DNA of 64,000 nt from Polyangiales bacterium (GTDB lineage: Bacteria > Myxococcota_A > Polyangia > Polyangiales > Ga0077539). A program made the translations under genes and the position numbers. Where the stretch lies: NCBI GenBank assembly GCA_044229975.1, contig JBGARZ010000009.1, forward strand, positions 219,947 to 283,946, read 5' to 3'. The notes below the pieces were generated by a model that had not been told where the DNA came from, searched no databases, and saw nothing but the letters and a program-made list of their open reading frames with translations. Every line of letters begins with the position of its first letter. The stretch's first letter is position 1. Shown here in pieces: positions 9,901 through 18,054 of the stretch.

Positions 9901-12731
9901 CGGTGCCACTCGCCGGTCGGGTCGCCTTCCGGGAAGAGGTCGACGCTGCGCCTCGCACAGACATGCAGCACCGCCGGGTACAGGAGCCCGATTGAGGGCA
10001 CGTCGCCCTGCGACTCCAGGGTTCGCGCGGCGAGCACCAGCACCTGGCGGAAGGCATCTTGCGCGTGCCCGATGGCGAGCGCCGGCGCGAGGCGGGCGGC
10101 CTTCTGCCGACCATCGCTGAAGACCAGCACCTTGCGTCCGTGGTTGGGCAGGTCGGGTCGTGCGTCCTGCGGCGGCTGCTCGGCGAACTGCGTCTCCACC
10201 AGGGCGGTGAAGGGCTGTTCGCCGCGCGTGCGGTGGTCCTTGATGCGCCCCCGGCGCTGCGAGCCGGGCGGCTGACACGCCGGGCAGACCGGAAACTCCG
10301 CGGCCCGGCGGTCGTCGACCCGAGCCATCCACAGGTCGCGCACCTCCGCCGGCGGGAGCGTGTGCCCCGCATCGAGGAGCTTGCCCGTGCTGAGCTGTAC
10401 CGTGACCACCTCGGCGTCGTGCCCCGGCCGCGGGTCTCCCGGCAGTAGCTGCACCTGCACACCTTCCTCTTCGGCCGCCTCGCCCCAGAGGAAGTCCCAT
10501 TCGGACAGGTCGTGCGTCGGTGCATACGCGAGGCAGTACGCCCCGCCGCACTCGCGGCACGATGCGATCTCGAAGACCCGCGAGCGGCAGGCGTCGCAGA
10601 AGGTTCGCGCTGCCGTGAAGAGCTTGCCGAGCGGCGCGAACTCCCCGGGGTCGCACTGCCGACCCTCGCACCGCGGGTTCAGGCAGGCGTGCAGTCCGTC
10701 GATGCCACGGAACATCAGGTGGATGCGTGTCGGCAGCAGCCCCGGCTCGTCGGGCTGCGGGCGCGCGATGGCCCCAAGCGTAAGCAGGACTTCGGTAGCC
10801 TTGCGTGCGGTCGGCGCTCCCGGGAAGACCCGATCGGCGAGGGCGCCCAGCGCCACAGCCTGCGCCGAAGTCTCGTGAAGCACCTGCTGGAGAAAGGGCT
10901 GCGGCGAGAGCAGGCCGTGCAGCGACGCCACCAGCGCGGTCTCGTCGCCCGCTGGCATGGTGTGTCCGAGGTGCGCGAACAAGGGTGCAAGCACTGCCCC
11001 GAGCGCGTCGCTGGTGCGCGCGACGTGCAGTGCCTCCAGGTCGATGGCGGCGAGCACGTCGGCGGTTGCCGCGTCGCCGGGTCGCGGGCCCCTCGCCGCC
11101 TGGCGATGACCGGTGACGACCTCGAAGCCGTCGGGCGCGAGGCCGGTGAGGTCGGCCGCGAAGCGCCGCGCGACGTCCACCGCGTCGCCGCCGCCGAGCG
11201 AGGCGCTGGTGGCGATCATCGAGACCTTCTCGGGGCGGTCGATCACGCCGAGCCGGTCGAGGAGTCGGCGGATGAGGAACGCGACCTCCGCCCCCTTCGC
11301 CCCGCGGTACATGTGCGCCTCGTCCAGCACCAGCAGGAACCGGCTCCCCGGCTCTTCGAGCCAGCGCCGCGTCTCGTCGAAGATGGGCCGCTCGAAGGGG
11401 CGCATCAGCATGTACTCGAGCATCGAGTAGTTGGTGATGAGCACGTCGGGCGCGTTGCCCTGACCGGTCTCAGCGTCACAGACCATCTCCTGGCGAGTGA
11501 GCAGCTCGCGGTCGCCGTCGGCCGTGAGCAGCCGCCGCTCCCAGTTGTGCTTAGTGAACTTCTTCCCCTTCTTCTTGCCGCTCTTGTACTCGGCGGGCGC
11601 GGCCTGGTCGGCCGCGAGGAAGGCCGCGAGGTCCTTGGAGGGGTAGCGACCAAGGGTCTTCAGATGCGCCGCGAGCGCGGGCTCGTCGGTCTCCAGCGTG
11701 CGGTACCAGTTGAGCAGCGGAACCACGCGCTCGCGATCCTTGGTGGCGTCGCGCGGACCCGCGTAAGGCGTGCGGCCCGTATACATCCCGAAGGTCGGGT
11801 GACGGCCCGCGCCCGTGTCGTCGCGGAAGTCGCGCGCGAAGCCCTCGTCGCCGATCAGCCGTCGCAGGCGCGACACCTGGTCGTTCACCAGCGCGTTCAT
11901 CGGATACAGGATGAGCGCTCGGACGCCGCGCCTCTTCCAGGTCACTGGCGAGATGCGTGCCTCCTCATGGAGCTGCCCCACCATCGGCAGGAGGAAGCAC
12001 TCCGTCTTGCCCGACCCGGTGCCCGTCGCCACCACGAGGTTCTTCCGCGCGGGCCCGAGGAAGCCCTCGAGCGCCGCCGCCTGGTGCGCGTAGAGTGATG
12101 GGTAGATCAGCGCGCGGCGCCCCTCGGCGGCGCGAGAGAGCGAACCGAGGAAGGCCCTCGTCTTCGGGTCGATGCGCAGGTCGTCGAAGCCACCGCGAAA
12201 CTCCGTGTACCGCGGCGTGGTCTCGACGAAGGGCTCTTGCGCGAGGAGGTGCCCGTTGACGTCGGTCTCGAGCAGGGTGCGCCGCGCCTGCACGAGGCGC
12301 GGATCGTTGAGCGGCCACGCGGCCTCGAGGTAGCGCGTGAGCTGGCGCCGGAGCTGCGAGCTCAGCCGCGACGGCGTGTACCGCTCGTGCTTCGTGTCCA
12401 CGGACTCGAAGCGCAGCACCGGCGCCGGCGCCGCGGGCATCTTCTCGCGGGCAGCAGGGCGCGCGACCGGTGGTGCCGACGTCCGATCGAGCCAGCGCAC
12501 CATCGTGGCCTCGACGTCGGGGCACATCCCGCGGAAATCCATCTCGCCCAGCGACTCGGTCGAGCGCCCGCGCAGCAGCTCGTCGAGGAAGCCCAGCGTC
12601 ACGCTGACGACCCCGTCGAACTCCAGCGCGGTCGCGCCACCCATACGGTTCTCTCGCGCGAACGCGGCGTTCTTCACGTCGCGCAGCGTGTCGTCGTCGT
12701 CGGTAAACTTCGCCAGCTTCACGACGCTCAC
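6930..12731 (-). CDS. Giant SF2 DEAH-box helicase (about 1933 aa) with internal Zn ribbons and a C-terminal DUF1998/MrfA-like domain; DruE-like or fused DrmA-DrmB-like
   Basis: Walker A LVVATGTGSGKTECFLLP, DEAH box LVLDEAHMY, motif VI QRAGRAGRRG, multiple CxxC ribbons (CDACRS..CRECGG; CRGCGY..CPVCGN), terminal DUF1998-type CDCTASCYRCLRHWGNQ. Real start taken as GTG (VSVVKLAKF) overlapping the upstream stop; the first ~160 codons of the track ORF are a GC-frame artefact overlapping the UvrD-like gene. Confidence 0.8.
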   Translation of the reverse strand: MSVVKLAKFTDDDDTLRDVKNAAFARENRMGGATALEFDGVVSVTLGFLDELLRGRSTESLGEMDFRGMCPDVEATMVRWLDRTSAPPVARPAAREKMPAAPAPVLRFESVDTKHERYTPSRLSSQLRRQLTRYLEAAWPLNDPRLVQARRTLLETDVNGHLLAQEPFVETTPRYTEFRGGFDDLRIDPKTRAFLGSLSRAAEGRRALIYPSLYAHQAAALEGFLGPARKNLVVATGTGSGKTECFLLPMVGQLHEEARISPVTWKRRGVRALILYPMNALVNDQVSRLRRLIGDEGFARDFRDDTGAGRHPTFGMYTGRTPYAGPRDATKDRERVVPLLNWYRTLETDEPALAAHLKTLGRYPSKDLAAFLAADQAAPAEYKSGKKKGKKFTKHNWERRLLTADGDRELLTRQEMVCDAETGQGNAPDVLITNYSMLEYMLMRPFERPIFDETRRWLEEPGSRFLLVLDEAHMYRGAKGAEVAFLIRRLLDRLGVIDRPEKVSMIATSASLGGGDAVDVARRFAADLTGLAPDGFEVVTGHRQAARGPRPGDAATADVLAAIDLEALHVARTSDALGAVLAPLFAHLGHTMPAGDETALVASLHGLLSPQPFLQQVLHETSAQAVALGALADRVFPGAPTARKATEVLLTLGAIARPQPDEPGLLPTRIHLMFRGIDGLHACLNPRCEGRQCDPGEFAPLGKLFTAARTFCDACRSRVFEIASCRECGGAYCLAYAPTHDLSEWDFLWGEAAEEEGVQVQLLPGDPRPGHDAEVVTVQLSTGKLLDAGHTLPPAEVRDLWMARVDDRRAAEFPVCPACQPPGSQRRGRIKDHRTRGEQPFTALVETQFAEQPPQDARPDLPNHGRKVLVFSDGRQKAARLAPALAIGHAQDAFRQVLVLAARTLESQGDVPSIGLLYPAVLHVCARRSVDLFPEGDPTGEWHRHLVLAATMSLPQILQISYSLQQPEAFAQALFGELTERFLSLSQLGVAQYIVDPRMAAMLLKGFPAGVLSPDETRSLLDRWMRVQLERRCFLPPGASPGRLGEEFQRPAGINPGKLLDLLPQRFQEHLRTLVEDEAARAAVTKWFESLPRSGMFHFINNQHFLGPSLLTMNLRPEGPWWMCGRCYRMHADTLGRACDDCGGELLPADGAVLSARVGYYRDAVLRALDGTSLEPFGLTVKEHTAQLTGLGDDDQAFNLTERYELRFQDLRIDNAPPIDVLSCTTTMEVGIDIGALVGVALRNVPPHVANYQQRAGRAGRRGRAIASVVTYAQGGSHDAWYYDDPTRIVSGAVRSPVVYVENTRVLRRHAFAWLVQRFFHEKVPSGVAAHALFESMGTVRDFLDAAQPCSLVRMESWLAAHEARLLAELRRWVPSFSHGAREALDVDAALDGAVQELTLRMRDALPPTEAPADEAQDEAAQTARKLRLDENLLQMLIERAILPRYAFPTDTVAFWVHRQKGASGPKWKLDFDYQPQRDLQVALTEYAPGRSLTIDGQRFVSAALYNPYQPDVAKTLSKQSPYASCRGCGYVGRGLAVGALASCPVCGNTDLLKRPFVRPEGFAPDVNARREPDRGGSVSYAGETTPAKLEVTHVDHWDEVRYAGRLSLSVAARELIVVNKGVGDRGFMICRSCGLAEPTLGVGFSSPKLSGKGASKVHAPPTREGVTCSGQGDGPLYLGHTFKTDVLLMRVKLTAPMHCAVADRPGRSGAAGRAALTSLVEAIGLAASRTLQIDEGELAGNWNPVPSGDPYEADVYFYDLLPGGAGYTWQVRENLALVLGATRELLAGCDCTASCYRCLRHWGNQRLHGQLDRTLALSLLAAITEGAIPLVQVGAAERAIAPLRELLRLRGIAHREEAVPEGDGTVNVPLIVDLPDGGETWVEVHHPLVDVEHSPTPVMDAAMARMLPVVTLDVWTLENALPTAMAKLEGSA

Positions 12732-14826
12732 GCCGACACCTCCTGGATGTTCCAACCGCTTGCGTCGAGCGCACCGAGCGCGGGGTCGCTCCAGCCCTTC
12801 GGCTGCAATACCAGCAAGCCCCTCATCGCGCGGGTCATGCCCACGTACAGGAGCCTCCGGTGGGTGCGCATCGCCTCCTCGAACTCCTCCGTCGTCGCGA
12901 AGGCCTCCAGCACGGGGAAGCTCCCCGGGCGCAGGCCCGCGATCACCACCATCGGAAACTCCAGTCCCTTGGCCGAGTGCAGCGTGAGCACCTTCACGAC
13001 CGGCTCGCGCAGGTCGAGCTCGCGCCCCGGGAAGTACCGCGCCGCCACGCCCTCTCGCTGGAGCGCCGCTGCCAGCGCCGCGCCCGCCTCCGCGTCGGGC
13101 ACCAGCACCGCCGCGGTCTGTACCTGCAGCGCGAGGTGCTGCGCCATCTGCCGGAGAAAGCGCGCCGCCCATTTCCCCTCGTCGACGGGCGCGAGGCCCC
13201 TCGCGAGCACCGGCCACGGCCCCGACTTGGGGCTCTCCGACGCCTCCGGCGCGTCACCCGCATCGAGCAGCGCGAAGGCCGCCCGGTCGATCTCCGCTGT
13301 CGAGCGGTAGTTGCGAGCGAGCAGCGCCGTGCGCCCCTTGAACTGGAGCCGCGGGTGCGCGCTCGCGAAAGTGTAGTTGCGCGAGTAGAGCGACTGCTTG
13401 CTGTCGGCCGCGAGGAAGATCCCCTCCGGCGTCGCAGCTAGCTCGGCCAGGAGTGCGAGCGAGGCAGGCGACAGGTCCTGGGCCTCATCGACGACGACGT
13501 GGTCGTAACGACGCCCCCCGAGGCCAGCACGCACCCGTGCGAGCGCCTCTCTCCGCAGGTCGCTCCAGGTCTCCAGCTTCGCGAGCGCCAGGTCCTCCTG
13601 GAAGGCCACCCGCAGCGCCCACACCGTCGTGCGGAGCTTCTCGCCGAAGACGATCCCGCGGCCGGGTCGTGGCGCCGCCAGGTACTCGTCGAGCGTCGCC
13701 AGTTCGCGACCCTCGATCACCCACTCGAACTCGTCGAGCAGGTACTCGTCGGTGACGCCCGCCAGCGCCTTCGCCCGGAGCTTGCGCTCGAAGGCGCTCG
13801 GTCCGGGCGCCTCGAAGCTCGCGCGCAGGTCGCGCAGGCGTCGCCGCAGCACCGAAGCGTCCGCGAAGGGCCCCAGCGCCCGCGACGCCGCAACGATCTC
13901 ACGCGCGACGGTGTCGCAGGTCGCGACCCGCACCCGCTTGCGCTGATCGGGTGTCAGGAGCTGGTCGAGAAGCTGCCCGGTCGCCCGCTCGAGGGCCCGC
14001 GTGTACGTGGTGAAAAGCACCGTCTCGTCGCCGCGGGCGCCCTTCTGCTCGAGCACCGACTTCACACGGTAGAGGGCCACCGTGCTCTTGCCGGTGCCCG
14101 CGCCGCCCTTCACCAGCGTTGGGCCCTTGAGCGCCCAGCGGGTGAGCCGCTCCTGCTCGGGGTCGAGCTTCAGCAGGAACGCGATGAGCTCCCCCTCGGT
14201 GTACCGCACGAGGTCGTTCGAGTGCCGTACCACCAGGTCTGGCTGCGCGATCACCTCGTTGATCGGCCGGGGAAACAGCGCCTCCAGGACACGCTCGGCC
14301 ACGTCGGCGGGCACCAACGCGTCGAGGAGGTCGTCCTCGCTGCGACACCGCAGCAGCGCCGAGTGGTGGACCGGCTCAACCTTCAACTGCGCGAGCCACT
14401 CGGCGGTGACGGGCCGCGGCAGGGTGCGCCCCGCCTTCGTCGCCTTCGCATCGAAGTGGAACGTCGGCGCCTCGGCGCGGGCGAGCGCGGCGTCGAGGGC
14501 GTCATCGTCGACCTCGCGACCGGTGGGCTCTGGAGCGTCGGCCGTGACGCCGTCGATGCCGTCACGGTACGTGCGGTCGTCGCGCTTGCGGATCGCGAGC
14601 AACCGGATCCACGCCTCGCCGAAGGTGTAGAAGACGCGGTGATCGCCGACGCGCAGGCGGTAGATGTCGTCCTTGCCGACGAGCTTCTTCTTAAGCTTCC
14701 CATCGGGCAGCGGGTCGTCCGTGAGGAACCCGATCTTCTCCCAGAGCACCCCGGTCTTGTCGGGCGGAAAGGCGTTGAGCTCCCGCAGGAAACTCGGCTT
14801 CAGGTTCAGCTCTCGTCTCGTCGCAC
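12728..14826 (-). CDS. RelE/ParE-like toxin domain fused to a UvrD/Rep-type SF1 helicase
   Basis: N-terminus KPSFLRELNAFP...YRLRVGDHRVFYTF..IRLLAIRKRDDRTY (RelE/ParE fold signature). Then GGAGTGKST, DEAQD, NYRST, LTLHSAKGLEFPMVVIAG, LLYVGMTRA. GTG start overlaps the upstream stop (GTGA). Confidence 0.75.
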
Positions 14827-15831
14827 TCACGCCGTCACCCCCGACTCGTCCACTGCCATCCCCAACCGCGCGGACAACATCTCCCCCAACTCCGGCCAGG
14901 TCTCCGCCGGTACCGCGTAGCGCGCGATCCCATCGGCCGATTCGAGGCGATCGCCCACTCCCAACAGATACCGGTACTCCGCCCTCGGGATCCGACCGGG
15001 CACCGACACGGTGACCACATCGCCGGGCGTGGTCGTCGCCGTCACCGTGCGTCTCACCCCCGCCCTCGCCTCGACGGCCAGCATGGTGCGTGTCGCCTCG
15101 TCGCCCGTGAGCGCGCCCGTCCCCTCCTCGGTGCGCCACGCGTAGCGGTACCACCCACCGGGCTGTCGCAGCCGCTCGAGCCGCGGCAGCCCGACGTCGC
15201 TCCCTTCCGGGCGGCGCCACCGCCCGCGGTCGCCGTAGACCACGAACACTGCGAGATCCCGCTCATCGTCCCCCGCCGCCGCCTCGACCCGCCGCGACGC
15301 CAGCGTCTGCCACCATGCAGCCAGCGTCGGTGGCGCACGGTCGAGGCCCGCCCACACCGCGACCTCGATCACGCCACCACCGAGCGATGCCATGGCGCGC
15401 GCGAGCCCTACCCGGTCGTGGTGTCGCAGCATCATCTGCCTCACCCGCCCCCGCAGGATGTTCTCCTGAGGTAGCGCCGCCGCGAGCACCGAGGTCGGGA
15501 CGCTTCCCATGAGCAGCACGACCCGACTGTTGCCCACGACGGCTGCGCGCAGCGGGGCCGCCCCGACCAGCCCGCCGTCACCCACGAGCGCATCGCCCAC
15601 GCCGTCGAGCGCATCGATCACCTCGTGGATGCGCTCGCGCCGCGCGTCTTCGTCGGGCACGTCGTGCCAGCGCAGAACCCGATCGACCAGTGTGCGCCGA
15701 CGGATGCTGCCCTCAGCCGCGAGGTGCACGCGTATCGTCTCGCGCCATGCGTCGTCCTCGTCGGCGCCCATCCAGCAGACACCTGACGCCGCGGCCCGCT
15801 CGGTCAGCTCCTCCGCCGCCACGACCCTCAT
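14827..15831 (-). CDS. Hypothetical protein of the defence operon (334 aa)
   Basis: ATG 3 nt after the upstream stop; stop overlaps the next start. High GC3. No recognisable motif. Confidence 0.5.
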   Translation of the reverse strand: MRVVAAEELTERAAASGVCWMGADEDDAWRETIRVHLAAEGSIRRRTLVDRVLRWHDVPDEDARRERIHEVIDALDGVGDALVGDGGLVGAAPLRAAVVGNSRVVLLMGSVPTSVLAAALPQENILRGRVRQMMLRHHDRVGLARAMASLGGGVIEVAVWAGLDRAPPTLAAWWQTLASRRVEAAAGDDERDLAVFVVYGDRGRWRRPEGSDVGLPRLERLRQPGGWYRYAWRTEEGTGALTGDEATRTMLAVEARAGVRRTVTATTTPGDVVTVSVPGRIPRAEYRYLLGVGDRLESADGIARYAVPAETWPELGEMLSARLGMAVDESGVTA

Positions 15832-15834
15832 CGC

Positions 15835-18039
15835 CTACCTCCACGCCCCGTAGCGAACCAGGAACCCCTCCAGACCTTCATCCTCGTGGATGATCCCTTC
15901 GAGCGAATCCGCGAGAGGCGCGGCGGACCTTCGCACGTCGAGCGACCACCAGCGACGACCGTCCGAGACGATCGCGCGCGTGAGCCCCAGCGCCCCACAC
16001 AACGCCTCCAACGCCAATCGTACCGAGCCCTCCTCCCGCCCGCGCAGGCTCGCGTCCGATCGCACCAGCACCAGCAGCGCCGACGCCTGCACCCGGTACG
16101 CGCCCCCCTCCTCCAGGACGTCCTCCATGATCGCCGCGCACAGCTCCGGCGCCACGCGCCGCGCAGCCATCGGCAGTTCTCGCACGCCATAGCCCAGGGC
16201 CGCGCCGGCTGGGTGCGCCCACATCGCCAGCGCCAGGCTCGCGTCGAACGACCCCTGGGCGGCCAGCAGCGCGGCTGCGTCGAGCGACCGGCGCAGGCCG
16301 TCACGCGCCGTCGCGAGGGCGTGGTCGATCCGTTGGACGTGACGCAGCACCACCGTCCCTGATTCGCCGAGGTCGATGATCATCGCGCCCACGGGTGCCG
16401 CCTCGCGGAGGGAGCGCGTTCGCGCGATCACCACTGCGGTCGGCACCTCGCCACTCTCGTCGGCGCAGAGTGCCCCGGAGTCCCAGCGCAGCGCACCATC
16501 CCAGCGCACGCGCACTGTCGCCGCGGGCGGTGCGTGGATCGACCACGCAAGCATCCCCCCGAGCGCCGCGAGGTTCTCCTCGATCACGTCACCGCCACGC
16601 AGCGTGCGCCCGCCCAGGAGTACCGCCGGGGCCTCCGTCGGCCAGCGTCCCCGAGCTGCGTCCTCGATCGCGAACACGAGGCGCTCGGGCGACAGCGCGA
16701 GGTCCGCCGCGGTGACCTCCAGCAGATACCGCCCGGCCGCGAGTCCTTCCAACGCGAGCTCGGCGCGCGCGGTGGTCGCGAGCTCGAGCCGCTCCAGGTG
16801 ACCGTTTCCATGCAGAAAGACCACGAGGTCGTTGCGGGGGTTCGACGCCGACACCCGCACCACGGGAGGTGCCTCCGTTGTGAACACAGGGAAGCGCTGG
16901 CCCCGCGGCGTCGTGTCCCAGCGGACGGGCGGCGTGAGCACCCACTGCGCGCACAGCGCCTGCGCCGCGACTGAGAGCCCCACCGTCGCCAGCAACGCGA
17001 CCAGCGTCGCGTCGGGGGCCGCCGGGATCTGCACCGACCAGAGGCGCCACCCCTCGTCGAGCGCCGTCACTCCACCGTCCAACGTCAGCGCGAGCGACGG
17101 CGGAACCAGCACCGCATTGCGCCCGCCAGGAGACAGCATCGCGCCCGCGAGTCTCTGGGTCGGACCCTCCACGTCGCCCCGGAAAACCGTCGGCCGCTCG
17201 GAGACCAACCCCTCCGGCGTCATCGATGAGAGCAGCGCGGCGTAGGTGGCGTCGTCGTCTACATCCCCGGTGCTCCACGTCACCATTCCGCCTGGAGTGC
17301 CCACCGCGAGGCGCGCCCCGACACGCGCGAGGTTCTCCCGGCGCACCGCCCGATCGGCGCCCAACCCCTTCAGCGCGAGCGTCTTCACGAATGGCGCGAA
17401 GCCGTCGCACGGCGCGCAACACAGCCACAGCGCCAGCCCGCCATCGTCGCGTGCCGCGACCTCGTACCAGCCTCGCACCTCGGCCCCGGGTGGCTCCTCC
17501 CCTTCGCCGTCGACCGGAGGCTCGAGCGTCATGGTCCGCTCGTCGAAGGCCCGGGTGATGAGCAGCTCCAGCCGCCGCGCGACCCGCACCTCATCCAACG
17601 CCCGCAACCTCGTTGGCTCACGCAGGACCTCGACCTCGTCGTCCCCCCGCTCAGCGCTCGCGGACTGCCCGGCCTCGACGGGGCCAACCTCGCCCGCATC
17701 CGACGTCGGCAGCGCGCTGATTGTCACTGCCTCGCCCCGGGCCAACGCCGCGAGTTCGCGCATCCACTGGCCCCGCGCCGCGCGAATCGCCGCCTCTTCG
17801 CACCCGTCCAGGCGCGGCAGCACGAGCGCGCCGCCCTGCTGCATCACTTCCGCCACGACGGACGCCGTGAGTTCGCCATGCCGCGCCAGCAGGGCGACGC
17901 ACTCCTCCGCTCCGTGCCACATCAGCCGCGCCGGGCGCCCGCTGGCGCGGTGCAGCGCGAGCGCCCGGCGGCGGGCGAGCTCCCGCTCGGCGGAGGCCAG
18001 CCGGGTCACCAGCGTTCGCGCGACATCGTCAGAAGACAT
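15835..18039 (-). CDS. Hypothetical protein of the defence operon (734 aa)
   Basis: Long minus-strand ORF, 15 nt downstream of the DUF499 gene, tight coupling to the next gene. No recognisable catalytic motif. Confidence 0.5.
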   Translation of the reverse strand: MSSDDVARTLVTRLASAERELARRRALALHRASGRPARLMWHGAEECVALLARHGELTASVVAEVMQQGGALVLPRLDGCEEAAIRAARGQWMRELAALARGEAVTISALPTSDAGEVGPVEAGQSASAERGDDEVEVLREPTRLRALDEVRVARRLELLITRAFDERTMTLEPPVDGEGEEPPGAEVRGWYEVAARDDGGLALWLCCAPCDGFAPFVKTLALKGLGADRAVRRENLARVGARLAVGTPGGMVTWSTGDVDDDATYAALLSSMTPEGLVSERPTVFRGDVEGPTQRLAGAMLSPGGRNAVLVPPSLALTLDGGVTALDEGWRLWSVQIPAAPDATLVALLATVGLSVAAQALCAQWVLTPPVRWDTTPRGQRFPVFTTEAPPVVRVSASNPRNDLVVFLHGNGHLERLELATTARAELALEGLAAGRYLLEVTAADLALSPERLVFAIEDAARGRWPTEAPAVLLGGRTLRGGDVIEENLAALGGMLAWSIHAPPAATVRVRWDGALRWDSGALCADESGEVPTAVVIARTRSLREAAPVGAMIIDLGESGTVVLRHVQRIDHALATARDGLRRSLDAAALLAAQGSFDASLALAMWAHPAGAALGYGVRELPMAARRVAPELCAAIMEDVLEEGGAYRVQASALLVLVRSDASLRGREEGSVRLALEALCGALGLTRAIVSDGRRWWSLDVRRSAAPLADSLEGIIHEDEGLEGFLVRYGAWR

Positions 18040-18054
18040 CGCCCCCGCCCGCGC

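Noticed and set aside
8569-10671. 700-aa minus-strand ORF, and many other long ORFs (for example 7305..8405+, 10512..12098+, 13499..14920+, 18730..20613+, 37635..39314+, 39942..40943+, 44664..47672-, 5282..6307+), overlapping or antisense to the genes called above
   Set aside because: Arg/Ala/Gly/Pro-rich low-complexity translations with no motifs. They arise because stop codons are rare in about 70% GC DNA. Codon third-position bias supports the other strand or frame.
6930-12731. Possibility that the 1933-aa helicase is two genes (DrmA plus DrmB) mis-joined
   Set aside because: No stop codon or plausible internal start/RBS. Helicase and DUF1998 motifs are in one continuous frame; the track ORF is uninterrupted for 6.3 kb. 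Kept as one fusion gene. A sequencing-error check is advised.
12732-13217. N-terminal ~160 codons of track ORF 6930..13217, and similar 5' extensions of ORFs 3053..4774, 3877..5436, 12728..15220, 44577..47144, 48923..49969 and 22957..24108
   Set aside because: The extensions overlap the upstream gene in another frame and are Gly/Arg-rich. A GTG or ATG start overlapping the upstream stop (GTGA/ATGA) gives a compact, motif-consistent start.
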